From contig NC_042997.1 in NCBI RefSeq assembly GCF_006345805.1, positions 188,418,001 through 188,482,000 of the forward strand: a stretch of DNA of 64,000 bases, written 5' to 3'. Source of the DNA: Octopus sinensis (Eukaryota). Positions 25,330 through 38,277 of the stretch are shown here, piece by piece (within the stretch, counting starts at the first letter, position 1; the number at the start of each line of letters is the position of its first letter). The translations under genes and the position numbers were made by a program. The notes under the pieces were generated by a model. That model was not told the origin of the DNA. It did not search any database and saw only the letters and a program-made list of their open reading frames with translations.

Positions 25330-26365
25330 AGAGGAGTGCCAAGTAAGATAAAATTAACATTTTCAACACCAATTTCTCTTTGCTTTCAATCAAAGTTACA
25401 AAACTATGAATGCCACTCTAGAAAATTGTGCTATGTACAGAGAAAGTATTATTACTCAAAGAACTGCACAGAATTGATTTTTACGCTTCAAGGTAGGGAA
25501 ATTTGCCCTCACAAGCTCTCCATGTTCTGGCTGACCTGTTCAGTTCAATGAGGATTGACTACGCAAACAAGTCCTCAGGGGAATTGATCCAGTGGATGGG
25601 ATGCTCCCATGATACGGTCACCTGTCACTTTCACTTGATGGGTAAGGTCAAAAAATTTGGTGCATGGGTGCCACATGCTCTGGACAAAAGAAACAAACTC
25701 TAGCACTCCTCTATTGCTGCAAATTTTTCACTCAATATTAGGTTACTCGTGAACAGAAACAGGCATTTCTTCACTGCATTGTCACCAGCAATGAAAAATG
25801 GTATCTTAATGTCAATATGAAGCAAAGAAAAGAATGCTCAATCACAAAAAGCAATCAACATCTTAACTCAAGCCAGAGTTGTATCCATGCAAAACCAAGG
25901 TCTGTGTTTGGTGGGACTGGAAAGGGCTAATCCACTACAAAATGTTTGAAACCTACAATCAATGCAGAGCTTTATGTTCTGAAAATGCACTTAGCTAAAA
26001 TGATCCAGTCAGTAAAATAGTGTACTTCTTCAATATGACAATGCTCACTCCCAATATTGCTAGTTTAACCAAAATTCCTATTCAAGAGCTCAGATGGGAA
26101 GATCTACCACACTTTCCATGTTCACCTAATATAGTGCTTTCAGATGGTTTTTTTTTTTTTGTAGAAAATATGGCTAATTGAAGTCATCGAGTCAAGACAC
26201 GGTGATTACCATTAAGGCATTGACAAACCAGGATAATGTTGAGAAGTAGCTATGAACAATGAAAGAGATATATTACTGACTGATTCGTTAAAATTGTTGA
26301 TGAAAAATAAGGATTAAAATAAATGGGGGTGGGGAGGACCAAACAAATTTATCCAACAATCTTAA
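25330..26365 (+). mobile_element. Older, heavily decayed mariner of a different subfamily
   Basis: Remnant motifs AWVPHAL, VTSNEKW, (H)DNA and a PxSPxxxxSD-like stretch. TIRs are not clearly recoverable; ends approximate. Confidence 0.8.
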
Positions 26366-26902
26366 TACTTGTGAAAAGTTCAATTTCTTATGATATTAAC
26401 AACCTTCACCACAGAGCAAAACCAAAGGCTTAATCAAAATAACATACTGAAACCATGTTACGAACATCTATAAATGTTATGCATCAAAATGAAAATGAGA
26501 ACATTTCTAAGACATGGAATTTTCAAATCCTGCTAGTTTGAATAAATGACTGAGTGTAAATAATGAGACAAAAGAATCCAGTTTTCAAAAGTAAATGTAT
26601 AAAAGTCAGTTTCACCCAAGAAATACAGTGTGTATTTAAAAATGAAAACAATATTGTTTCCAAAAACAGAAAAGTAGGTTTGAGTTTTGCATGGATAAAT
26701 TACTCTAGTTTTTTTTTGTTTCTCTCATGGGAATAAATGAACAATTTAATAATTTATAAACATTCATTGTAGAGTCAATTTCTTCATTTTATGCTATTAC
26801 GTCAGCATACTAACTTAAGAATTTTCTTTTTTTATGGCATCAACAGTTCAATTCCTTTACAAGAACAAGCTAATTAATTTATCATTTTCGCTCAATGAAT
26901 TT

Positions 26903-28010
26903 ATCATCATCATCATTGTCGTTTAACGTCTGCTTTCCATGCTGGCATGGGTTGGGTGGTTTGGCTGAGGGTTGGTGAGCCAGAAGGCTGCACCAGGCTC
27001 CAATCTGATCTGGCAAAGTTTAAACAGCTGGATGCCCTTCCTAACGCACACCACATCTGATGCGTCTGATGTCCAACTTTCTCTCTGGGCGCTTACACTC
27101 TATCGTGTATGTACACTGGCATTACAGATCCAGTGGAGCATACTGGCTTCATTACTTACAAGCTTACACATGTCCTCAGCAGTCACGGCCCGTGTTTCAC
27201 TGCCATGTAGCATGGATGTTTGCACACTTGCGTCATACAGTTTACCTTTTACTTTGAGCAAGAGGCCCTTTGTCACCAGCAGAAGTAGGAGCTCCCTGAA
27301 CATTGCCCAGACTATTCTTATTCTAGCAGCTACACTTTCAGAGCACCCACCCCCGCGAATGACTTAGTCACATAGGTAACAGACACTATCAACTACTTCT
27401 AGTTTTCCTCCTGGAATGTGACGGAAGCTGTTCTCTGCACATTTTCAGTGTTTATTGCTCCTGAGCATTTGCCACACAGATAGCCTTCCTTTGATATTGG
27501 TGCACCTCTTATGTGTCCATTGCTTACACTGGGTACATCTTATAGAGTTTCTACCTACACCTTTTCTACAGATCGAGCAGAGCCATCTACCTGAAGGGAT
27601 TTGTGGTTTGTCTGCCTTCCTACTTATTAAGACTTTGTTTTTAGCTAAGTTGACTCTAAGACCCTTCGATTCTAGACCTTGCTTCCACACCTGAAACTTC
27701 TCTAGTTCTGATAGTGATTCAGCTATTAGAGCAAGGTCATCTGCACAGAGAAGCTCCCAGGGGCATTGTCTAGAATTCTTCTGTTATTGCCTGGAGGACT
27801 ATGATGTATAAGAGGGGGCTGAGAACTAATCCTTGGTGGACCCCTACCCCTACTTGGAATTTTCCACTGTTCTCGTTGCAACCCTCACCTTACTGACAGC
27901 ATCCCTGTACATGGCTTGTACAGTTCTCACTAACCATTTATCTATCCCTAGTTTCCTCATTGATCACCAGATAAGGGATCAGAGGACCCTGTGAAAGGCT
28001 TTCTAAAATT
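26903..28010 (-). mobile_element. 5'-truncated RTE-clade LINE (RT C-terminus, Cys-rich region, 3' UTR with (GAT)n tail)
   Basis: Minus strand encodes PWELLCADDLALIA (YADD region) and WKQGLESKGLRVN...CSICRKGVGRNSIRCTQCKQWTHKRC. The (ATC)n tail is at 26903. Confidence 0.88.
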
Positions 28011-29843
28011 CTCTCTTCAGTCCCTTTACAGGTCATATTGAAATATGTGCATATGAGTGTGTCTTTAACCTTTTCTTTTCATCAACACTAAAAAAAAAAA
28101 TATTTTATGAAACAGTGAAAGAATGTCTGTGGAATCAGTGGTTATGTTTATTATAGAGGATAAATCTTTCAACAAAGTAGCATTTTCATTAAAATAGTAA
28201 CTGCATATTTTGTCTTAAATCTTAAAATAGCACCCAATAGCAAATGTGGAATAAGCAAGGCTGGAAGTTGATTGAACAATGAAATTCAGCCTAAACTGAC
28301 ATCCTGTTTCATTTCATTATCTGTATTTGTCTGCTGAACAGAGTTGATCAAAGCCAATGAAACAATAAATTGGTTATGTAAAAGACAAATAAGAGAAATA
28401 ATGATTTAAAAATCAAAGCTAACATGAAAGTAGTATCTAGTATTCAATTAAAGCTGGTAACTCTGAGAAGGACAATTGTTTTTTAGAAAACAAATGAATT
28501 CTTAGTTCAATCTTATGAAACTGAGCGATCTCCAGACTTCACAAAGAGAGAAAATAATCATCACAATCCCCTTGAGAAGGAAACTGATTATCACTATTAC
28601 TGTCAACACTGCCATTTTATAAACTGATGTTATTAAATAGCTGCAATCAGATTTATTTGAGGCATGCTAGTTAATCAAACATTCAAAGAATAACAAACTC
28701 AACACAACCTCTTAAACCAATATCTCAGCCTGCTACAAATGCTTATTTTACTGACAATAGAGGGATAGAAATGAAAAGAAAAATCATCAAAACAAATCTC
28801 CAAAACAAAACCATAATCTTTGTAAATTATCCTAAAGTAATTCACTGCTTTGTATCCTTTCCTTTCCTCTTTTTCTTTTTTGTTACTGTTTACAACTCTT
28901 TCCTAATACCGTTGGATAAGCAGATCAACTGATATGGACTAATATTAATAAAGCATAATTGATATCTCAACAAATATTTTAAAGTGATTCCAAAAATTTT
29001 TTTTATATATACAAACCAATTTTCTGGCCATGAAAAGCATCATTTAACAGGTATCAACAAGATGTAGTGTTACATGATAACCAAAGAAATATTTACACAT
29101 TAACATTAACATTTCTTCAACTGACTTAAAATGTCACTAAAATATAGAACACTGGTTTCTATCTCTGACTGCAACGCTTATCTAGAAAATATGGATTATC
29201 CTTAATTTATTTATTCTTTCTTTCTTTCTTCTTTGGGTGGAGTTTTAATATATCATGTTTTTCCCAGGGTTCCCTTTCTCAGTAATATCAGTAGACAGTA
29301 TTTATCATATTCTTCAAAATAGACTTGTTTATATGATAATTGCGGCTAGATAGATATGAAAATTTCTTTTTAACCGACAATATTATATTTTTTTTTACTA
29401 TCTTTTCCAAAAATAATTTTACTTTTCTTGCTCTGATTATCTTTCTCAAGAAAACATGAGTCATAGTTTCTAACCAGTTATATGTCGAGGAAAAACTTAA
29501 CTCTTGTTTTCCTGGCACATAAGAGCAAGTTTAGCTATAACAGATGGGAGTGGAAGGGGTGTATCTCATGCAATGCCAGACATTTCAATATGGGATTACA
29601 GCTTCAGGGCGGGTACTGCAACGTATTACTTTATCAATTAGTGTAAATGATAGACTCCTATCTTAAAGCATATCGAGACAGTTGCTTTATTTTCGTTTTC
29701 CTCTATATAGAACACAGCTTGGTAATCACTGCAGATGTTGTTCAGACATGCTCAAGCAGACCTATGAAACAAAAACCTTGAGCTTTGACCATCCTGTCTC
29801 TTTCTACAGGCATAGTAAACCAAGGATTACATTTCCTGAAGTA

Positions 29844-30494
29844 CAGTAATCCCTTGCCATATCGTGGTTTACCTATCGCGGTTTACTATTTAAGCTTACG
29901 TCAATTCCTCCAGGGTGTTGCTTTGCATTTATAATGAAATAAATACATACAAATTATAAAAAAAACTTTTAAATAAACAGTATTTTTTAAATATACAGTA
30001 AATATACATATATAGGCGCAGGAGTGGCTGTGTGGTAAGTAGCTTGCTTACCAACCACATGGTTCCGGGTTCAGTCCCACTGCGTGGCATCTTGGGTAAG
30101 TGTCTTCTGCTATAGCCCCGGGCCGACCAATGCCTTGTGAGTGGATTTGGTTGACGGAAACTGAAAGAAGCCTGTCGTATATATATGTATATTTGTGTGT
30201 GTGTGTATATGTTTGTGTGTCTGTGTTTGTCCCCCTAGCATTGCTTGACAGCCAATGCTGGTGTGTTTACGTCCCCGTCACTTAGCGGTTCGGCAAAAGA
30301 GACCGATAGAATAAGTACTGGGCTTACAAAGAATAAGTCCCGGGGTCGATTTGCTCGACTAAAAGGCGGTGCTCCAGCATGGCCGCAGTCAAATGACTGA
30401 AACAAGTACAGTACAGTACTGTTTCTACTTTGTGAATTTTTACCAGTCGCGGGGGGTTTGGACCGTAACACCCGCGATAGTCAAGGGATAACTG
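29844..30494. mobile_element. pogo/Tigger-like MITE with TA TSDs, interrupted by a SINE
   Basis: TA|CAGTAATCCCTTGCCATATCG ... CGCGATAGTCAAGGGATAACTG|TA imperfect TIRs. Confidence 0.7.
30015..30408 (+). mobile_element. Young tRNA-derived SINE, full length
   Basis: Head GGCGCAGGAGTGGCTGTGTGG (A-box-like) ... GGGTTCAGTCC (B-box-like), internal (TA)/(TG) tract, CpGs retained; near-identical to 31119-31538. Confidence 0.88.
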
Positions 30495-31118
30495 TATCTG
30501 TTTTAAAATAGTAAGAGAATGAATCAAGGTATAGTCAGCTGCTATTTCTACAAGGTTGAGTAACTTTGTAGAGGTTCCTTCTTGGCTCATGATAATCACA
30601 TGCTACAACATTGGACCAATTAATTATTCTGAGTCAAAGGGCTCAAAGGAATATAATCCTTTTCTACTTGATTTCTTTATTCTTATGAACAAACTGGTTG
30701 TTATTTCGACTCACCCCACTTCAGGTTTATTTCTCATCTTATTGATTGATTTGTTTTAAAATAGAAACCAACACTCCTAATTTTACTTCAACTATTTCAA
30801 ATAAATTGCTAATCTGCTATTTCACATAATTGCTGAGGTCATAAAAAAAAGAAAAAGATGCAGTTTGAAGAGAAGAGAAAGAAGGGGAGAAAAAAAAGGG
30901 AGAAAGCTAAGAGGAAACCTGTTCATTAGCAACTACTTTTAAATTGGCAAAGCTATAAGAATACAGTTAAAAGTATATCTAATAATAAATATGTATTGAA
31001 GATTATGCATACCACTTTATAAATGGAAAGCAAGCCCATTCTTGTTATTGAACACAGGTAATAAAATGAAAAGTCATTTGACAATATAGAAGAAAACCCC
31101 AATTAGAAATTTGACATA

Positions 31119-31538
31119 GGCGCAGGAGTGGCTGTGTGGTAAGTAGCTTGCTAAACAACCACATGGTTCCGGGTTCAGTCCCACTGCGTGGCAGCTTGGG
31201 CAAGTGTCTTCTGCTATAGCCCCGGGCCGACCAATGCCTTGTGAGTGGATTTGGTAGACGGAAACTGAAAGAAGCCTGTCGTATATATGTATATATATAT
31301 ATATGTATATATATATATGTATGTGTTTCTGTGTTTGTCCCGCTAGCATTGCTTGACAACTGATGCTGGTGTGTTTACGTCCCCGTCACTTAGCGGTTCG
31401 GCAAAAGAGACCGATAGAATAAGTACTGGGCTTACAAAGAATAAGTCCCGGGGTCGAGTTGCTCGACTAAAGGCGGAGCTCCAGCATGGCCGCAGTCAAA
31501 TGACTGAAACAAGTAAAAGAGTAAAGAGTAAAAGAGTA
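31119..31538 (+). mobile_element. Young tRNA-derived SINE, full length, with (AAAGAGT)-like tail
   Basis: Same family and near-identical to 30015-30408. Confidence 0.88.
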
Positions 31539-32674
31539 TAGTAGCGTTGTTCAGTAATAAAATGAATTGTTTTTTCTCCTGAGGTAAAAATTCAAACTAC
31601 TGTCACTTTCTTATCTTAGATGTTCAATGAACATTGGACATTTAACAACTGAAATAACTAAGTTCAGTACTTGTTTAACTAAAATTAATTCAATCAGTAA
31701 TTATTGGAAAGTTGAAGTGTAGATGAAAAGCTACATTTAACACAATCCAAAAAAAAAGAGCAACAGTAAAAAGTGTGCTAGGCAGATCCTCAAGTTGTTT
31801 GTTTGTTTTGTTTTTGTTTCTTTTTTCTCTTTTAGTTCTACTCTGCTTAACCACAAGAGAAACATACTGACTGTGCTCTGTCAAGGTTGTAAAACAAATG
31901 TATTATATATTAATATTTTTGATTGGCTGAAAAATATAAACTACTCTTACCCTCAAGATATATATATACTTCCCAGAGAAAACGTGTGTGTGCATGTGTG
32001 ATAGAGAGAGAAAGAAAAGACAGCCGGCTAGAAAATAAAATTATTTACAGATAGGAAGCTAATTTAATTCCAGTGGGTAGTAATGTGACTCAGTTAATAC
32101 CATATCAATAAAGTAATTGTAGGCTAACTATGCTTATTTCTGTGTTTTTTCTTCATTTTCCATCTGCTTTTTAATTTATTATTTTATTAAACACTTCCCA
32201 GTTAATGTTAGAGCAGTTTATGTTGTAGCACAGCCTAGCTTAAATAGCATGTAAAATTATCAGTCAATCAGTAATGTAACCTTCAAGGGAGATAGATTGA
32301 GATTGTTCTCACATCTTTTTTTCTTCATTCTTTCTTTCTTTCTTTTTGTTCTCTAGCCATCTCCTAGCTTGAAGTAAATAAGCAACTCGTTAATTAGTAG
32401 ACTGAGAAAACATCTTGTTTTACACAATGACTACATATACAATCTACACCAAGATATAATGCCACAGATCTGTGTGTGTGTGTGTGATACACATGCTTAT
32501 ATATATATATATATATACATATATAAAATGATAGGCTCGATTTGTGTTGATGTTTCTTTATTCTTTTCCCTAATGGAAAGACGAGTTCTTGTATAAACTC
32601 CTGTTGTTCAACGGTTGTGTTTACAAGAATTGTTGATATCTATGCAACCTAAAACAAGGCGATCACAATATAGA

Positions 32675-32726
32675 TGTATGGCTTCAATATCACCGAAGCT
32701 TGTATGGCTTCAATATCACCGAAGCT
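32675..32726. repeat. Perfect 26-bp tandem duplication TGTATGGCTTCAATATCACCGAAGCT x2
   Basis: Direct reading. Confidence 0.95.
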
Positions 32727-33854
32727 ATCTCTACACCAATCACTCACTCTACATCCTTATTCTCTAACCCTCTTCAAACTTCTGACCAATTAAACAAGGG
32801 TGAACAATGAGAAAAGTTAAACAAAACAGGAATAGATAAATGAGTCAACCTTTTTTATTTTGTTTTACTTTAATGAATAATACACTCAACTTAGATCTTT
32901 CATCCTCGATAAAACTGAATCTGTTTTAACAAAATGTGTGTTAAACATTTAAAACTACAACAATTTCCCAATAATTATTACCACTGGACATTACAGTAAT
33001 CAGCCTCTTCATCTAATACCTTTTCTTCTAGGTAACCATTGTTGCCATAAATCAGAAAACATCCTGGCATAATAATAATAATATGAACTATAATAACACT
33101 CTGTTCAATATTTTAACTAAATAGATAAATGTTATAAACCCATTTAAGCTAAACAAGGTCACTGCATGTAATAAATATTAATGCCACAGCAATAATATTA
33201 CCAACACCAATAACAAAGAGCAAATGGAAGAGGAGAGTGAGTAGAATGAATGAGTTCAGATTTTGGTATGATGCCTTCTCTCAAGACTTCCCAAGCAAAA
33301 TATTCCCCTGAGTAAAATTTGTGTCTCTAACTTATCAGTACTATATCTTTAAGGCTAATTAATATCCTATAGCTATACCAAGATAAAGAAACAACATAAT
33401 GTCAACATACACTTCAGCTGCATGTAAACGACTATAAAATGTTAGGATATGTTAGGGCAGCCGGGATAGTACATTGTAGGTATTTGGTGAGGTGGTAAAT
33501 TTTAAGGAAAACTTGCTAAGCAATTATTGCTACGTCATATTAAAAGAGATAAAAACTAACAATTATTTCTCAGGTTGGTGTTGTTAGAAAGGGAAGAGAA
33601 CCACTGGGACATTTTAATGCTGGACAGTTGCATTAACAACAACAAAAGCAGTAAATCACAGAAGCTAACCAATATCTTCAACTGATACTTAATCAGTGCA
33701 GGGCAAAATTAGTATGTACACGCTAGTAATTTTTTTTTCTTTTCATATATGGTATAGATCCTATATAAACAATGTTAAAATGTGAAAACACAAAGAGGAG
33801 AGGAATCTGCAGATATGTATCACAGCAATAAGTAATGCGGAACAAAATATGTGT

Positions 33855-33962
33855 ATCATCATCATCAACGTTTAACGTCCGTTTTCCACGTTAGCATGGG
33901 TTGGACGGTTCGACCAGGATCTGGGAAGCCAGAAGGCTGCACCAGGCTCCAGTCTGATCTGG
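33855..33962 (-). mobile_element. Very short 5'-truncated RTE 3' end
   Basis: (ATC)n tail followed by gtttaacgtccgttttccacgttagcatgggttggacgg, matching the 26903 copy. Confidence 0.8.
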
Positions 33963-34429
33963 ACCAGAGTATTCATTAACACAACACTTAAAAGTGGGGC
34001 TGTAGTCATTAACTCAGGAAAAACAAAGATGAATATGTTAGAACAGCCAATATTTTTTCTATCTTTTTCTTTCTGAATTTTAATCCCAACTTTGTCTTTT
34101 ATCCTTCTGGGGCTGCAAGTATTAGGGTTGATGGCATCAGCTAATCCTACCTCCACAAAATTGTGCCAAAATGAAAAACAATTTATCCATTTTTATTTCA
34201 TTCTTACTAATTTTAGTCATTGGGCTGTAATAGCTATGCTGACCCATAGCTTCAAGGGTTTTCATTTTCCGTAACAACCCCAGGACATATTTTGTTGACC
34301 TCTATTTAGCCCATGGTTAAGTTAAATTTTAACAATAAAGGAACACAATATGAATATGGACATATGTAAATACACACACACACTGTAATGTGATTAATAT
34401 TTATATCAACTTGACAAATATTATACCAT

Positions 34430-34745
34430 AAATGCAGGAGTGTTCATGTGGTAAGAAGTTTGCTAGGTTCAGTCATGCTGCATGGTACTTTGGGCAAGTG
34501 TCTTCTACTATAAATGGAAATTGAAAAAAAGTCTGTTGTGTGTGTGTGTGTGTGTGTGTGTGTTTGTCCCCCACCACTGCTTGACAACCACTGTTGATAT
34601 ATTTACATCACTGTAACCTAGCAGTTCAGCAAAAGAGATCAATAGACTAAGTACCAGGCTGTACTGGGGTCGATTCATTCAACTAAAATCCTTCATGGCT
34701 GTAACCCAGCATGGCTGCAGTCTAACGACCGAAGCAAGTAAAAGA
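34430..34745 (+). mobile_element. Older degenerate copy of the same SINE family
   Basis: Shares ttgggcaagtgtcttctactata, tgtttgtcccccaccactgcttgacaacc and ccagcatggctgcagtc. Confidence 0.75.
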
Positions 34746-35850
34746 TAAAACCAAAAGATAATATAATTGTATTTATTCTTCATACCATAAATAATATAAC
34801 ATACTATCTTTCTGCAAGAGCTATGAACACTTCCTATAAGATAAACTATTAAAAACTATTAGTGATATATGGTTTCAGGAAAAACACATAGCAAGATTTA
34901 TATTTTATATTGTAATTTTAAAATGCTATCCATTTATATAATTTTTGCTTTTTGTTTTGTTTTCAGGAAAGTATTCTTGAAAATTTAAATTAGCTTAACA
35001 TTAACTGAGAAGTGTAGGTTCGAATTTAATCAAATCCTTAATATATTGTGAAACGATTTTTATCAGATTGAAGTGACATAACTGCAGGTACAAATGAAGT
35101 GTAAACCATAAACCTAATTAAAATTAACCCGAGAAAATTTGGAAAAGTGATAAGAGGCTGTCTCAAAATATATTTAGCTCATATTCACTAAATCCAGTAG
35201 CAATGCAAAGATATAGTAGGTTTCATCATGTGCATGAGTGCACACATTACACACACTGACAAGGGGGGGGGGGTTGAAAACTTAAAAACCTCAAATTATT
35301 ATCTAGGCACTGTTAATGAATTAAGACATTGTAGTTATACGAAGACATCAATAAAGAAAAGTATAGCTTCATTTTTTAATTCATATTAATTGAAAATGAT
35401 AATTGAGATTTGGAATATAAGGAATGACTGAAAATATTTTGAAAACACTATTAATAAATAACTATTTAGCAACTGGGACGTGCGCATGCACACACACATA
35501 CTGTGGTCATGACACAGAACCACTGTCAGTGGTTTTCAGCCAGTTATAATTGACACATACTAACTTCAATTTTACCGATCCCTATCGAATGACTAAGTAA
35601 GTTTTTCCACATATAAGGACGCATCCTTTGTCACTGGTATATATATATATGTAAGCATATATATACACATAACAGGCCATCTCACAGTTTCTATCCACCA
35701 AATTCTATTTACAAGAAACTACACCATGTTTCTATAACATGAAACTATGGCAGAAGATACGTGTGTAAGGAACTGAAAGTGGGTATCACATGACTGAGAA
35801 ATAAATTTCTAAACAACACAATTATGCCTTTGCCTCTACATTATATATAT

Positions 35851-36227
35851 ATCATTCATCATCTCATTGTTTAATCTCCGCTTTCCATGCTAGCATGGGT
35901 TGGACGATTTGATTGAGGACTGGCGAACCAGATGGCTGCACCAGGCTCCAATCTCGATCTGGCAGAGTTTCTACAGCTGGATGCCCTTCCTAACGCCAAC
36001 CACTCCGAGAGCTTTTACGTGCCGCCGGTATGAGGGCCAGTCAGGCAGTACTGGCAACGGACACATTCAAATGGTGTTTTCTACGTGGCACCTGCACAAG
36101 AGCCAGTCCAGCGGCACTAGCAACAATCTCGCCTGAATGTTTTTTTCACGTGCCACCAGCACAAGTGCCAGTAAGGTGACGCAGGTAACGATCATGCTTG
36201 AATGGTGTTTTTACGTGCCACCGGCAC
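35851..36227 (-). mobile_element. RTE 3' UTR-derived insertion
   Basis: ctttccatgctagcatgggttggacg...gctggatgcccttcctaacgcc, CpG-rich. Confidence 0.8.
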
Positions 36228-36869
36228 CATACATATACATACATATATATATGAATAAATAAAATGATAAAACTTCACGTCACTCTAATTCATAACATGC
36301 AATTAATAATAAAGATGCATGAAAACTTTATCTCAAGTATGAAAATATGTGATTCATACTAGTTCAATCTTAGCTCTTGACTTTCAGATTTTTTTTTACT
36401 TTTTATGATGAATCTTCATACAAAAGAAAACTGATTTAGTTGTCACCATCAATTGTATTCTGTCAGACTCTAACCATCCGCCAGTAATGCCAAACACTGT
36501 TTTATCATCATTTGTTCCCCTAATAGTGCATAGCCTTGCATGAGGTACAATTCAAGTAAGCCTGTGCATCCAAATTGTTTAAATTCCATTAAGCATTCTA
36601 TGAATCTGCTTCAGTTATCTCTAGATAATGGAGTAACTACTTTTCCTACATGCTGAACAAGGTCATCTTAAATTATGTTGATTTGTCAAAATATTGATCA
36701 CAGATCAAAAACTCCAACCTCCTTAATTGTTTTACTACTTTAGAAGTACAGTGAATCTTCAATTTAAGACTTACAGAGGGGTGGAAGATATATCTGTTGC
36801 AAGTTCATTAAACTGAAGTTAATGTAGGAGCCAATAAAATTTTTTTTGTTTTTGAATAGAAAATGATTA

Positions 36870-37075
36870 AAAGGAGGTGAGCTAGCAGAATTGTTAACGT
36901 GCCAAGCAAAATGTTTAGCAGCATTTCATCTACCTTTACATTCTGAGTTCAAATTTGCCTTTCATCCTTGCAGTGTTAATGAAATAAGTACTAGTTGAAC
37001 AGTGGGGTCAATATAATCGACTTACCCTCTCCCCCAAAAATTGCTGGCCTTGTGCCAAAATTTGAACCCAATATA
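36870..37075 (+). mobile_element. SINE, third family
   Basis: ggaggtgagctagcagaattgttaacg...ttctgagttcaaatttgcctttcatcc...ggccttgtgccaaaa. Confidence 0.75.
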
Positions 37076-37107
37076 AAAAAGTTTAAATATTTATTACTAT
37101 GCAATAT

Positions 37108-37389
37108 CACGTGACCGACCAGGCTATCAGATGTTGCTACACGTCGCATTGTTTTAGCCTTCAAATGATGCCACCCTGGTGGCTAAGCGAGCAGGCCAAC
37201 AGAAGAAAGAGTAAGAGAAAGTTGTGGTGAAAGAGTACAGCAAGGATCGCTGCCACCTCCTGCCAGAGCTTTGTGGAGCTTTAGGTGTTTTCGCTCAATA
37301 AACACTCACAACGCCCGGTCTGGGAATCAAAACCGTGATCCTACGACTGTAAGTCCGCTGCCCTAACCCCACTGGGCCATTGCGCCTCC
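37108..37389 (-). mobile_element. tRNA-derived SINE of a second family, with a 12-bp TSD
   Basis: Minus head GGAGGCGCAATGGCCCAGTGG (A box) ... GTTTTGATTCC (B-box-like). Flanked by ACTATGCAATAT (37096-37107) and ACTACGCAATAT (37390-37401). Confidence 0.85.
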
Positions 37390-38078
37390 ACTACGCAATA
37401 TAAACTTGCTATATTAAAATGAAAAGTATATACGCAATCTAACTGTAATATAGTTTGAGGCAGACAGAGAGAAAAGTGAGTTTCACCCAGTAACAATGCA
37501 ATATGAAGTGTTCATGATCCTATGTGTACATACATACATACTCTGATATACACAAATCTCCACCTTTCTTATTTTAACTCCTCAATAAGGGAGCCGTTAT
37601 GCAGTTGCTCGCCATCCTACAAATAGCAGCTAAATCTTCAAATCAAAACCTACCAAATAAGAAAAATAAAGATAATTTACTCCTAGATATCCCTGTAATA
37701 TTATAGCTAGCTATGGCTGGAATGTCTTTCCCTGCAAGTTTATTCAATCACATAATTTTTTAAAAAATTATATATAATTTATCGAGCATTTTATTCTTAT
37801 TGTTATGAGTTTTTCTTTCAATTTTGTTTCCATTTCTTGCTGAGTGTCTTCTCAACATTCAGCAAGGAAGCAACTCACTGCATGCATTGATAGGCCATTA
37901 AAATAAACAAGCAGAATAAAGCTATGTAGAAAAAAATTATTTACACATTTGGTAATTATTCTCACAGTGACAATGATCTTCTCAATACATGTGGCACACC
38001 AATTAAAATAATCGTTTGCAGTTCTTACAGGGATGGTAAGCCAGGGATCAATCTCAAGCAATTTTCAGTTCCTTTTTT

Positions 38079-38277
38079 GATCATTATTATTGGTGAGGTT
38101 GGTATTATTATTATTATCATTGTTGTTGTTATTATTACTATTATTATTATTATCATTGTTGTTATTATTACTATTATTATTATTATCATTGTTGGTATTA
38201 TTATTATTATCATTGTTGTTATTATTATTATCATTGTTGTTGTTGTTGTTATTATTATTATTATATTATTATTATTA
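38079..38277. repeat. Compound (ATT/GTT/ATC)n trinucleotide microsatellite
   Basis: About 200 bp of attattatcattgttgtt units; explains the poly-Ile/Leu pseudo-ORFs. Confidence 0.95.

Noticed and set aside
26972-27694. Plus-strand ORFs of 131 and 79 aa
   Set aside because: Antisense to an RTE LINE fragment.
30015-30090. SINE heads (also 31119 and 37389) as tRNA genes
   Set aside because: A/B boxes are present, but they continue into SINE bodies and tails; no acceptor stem or cloverleaf is evident.
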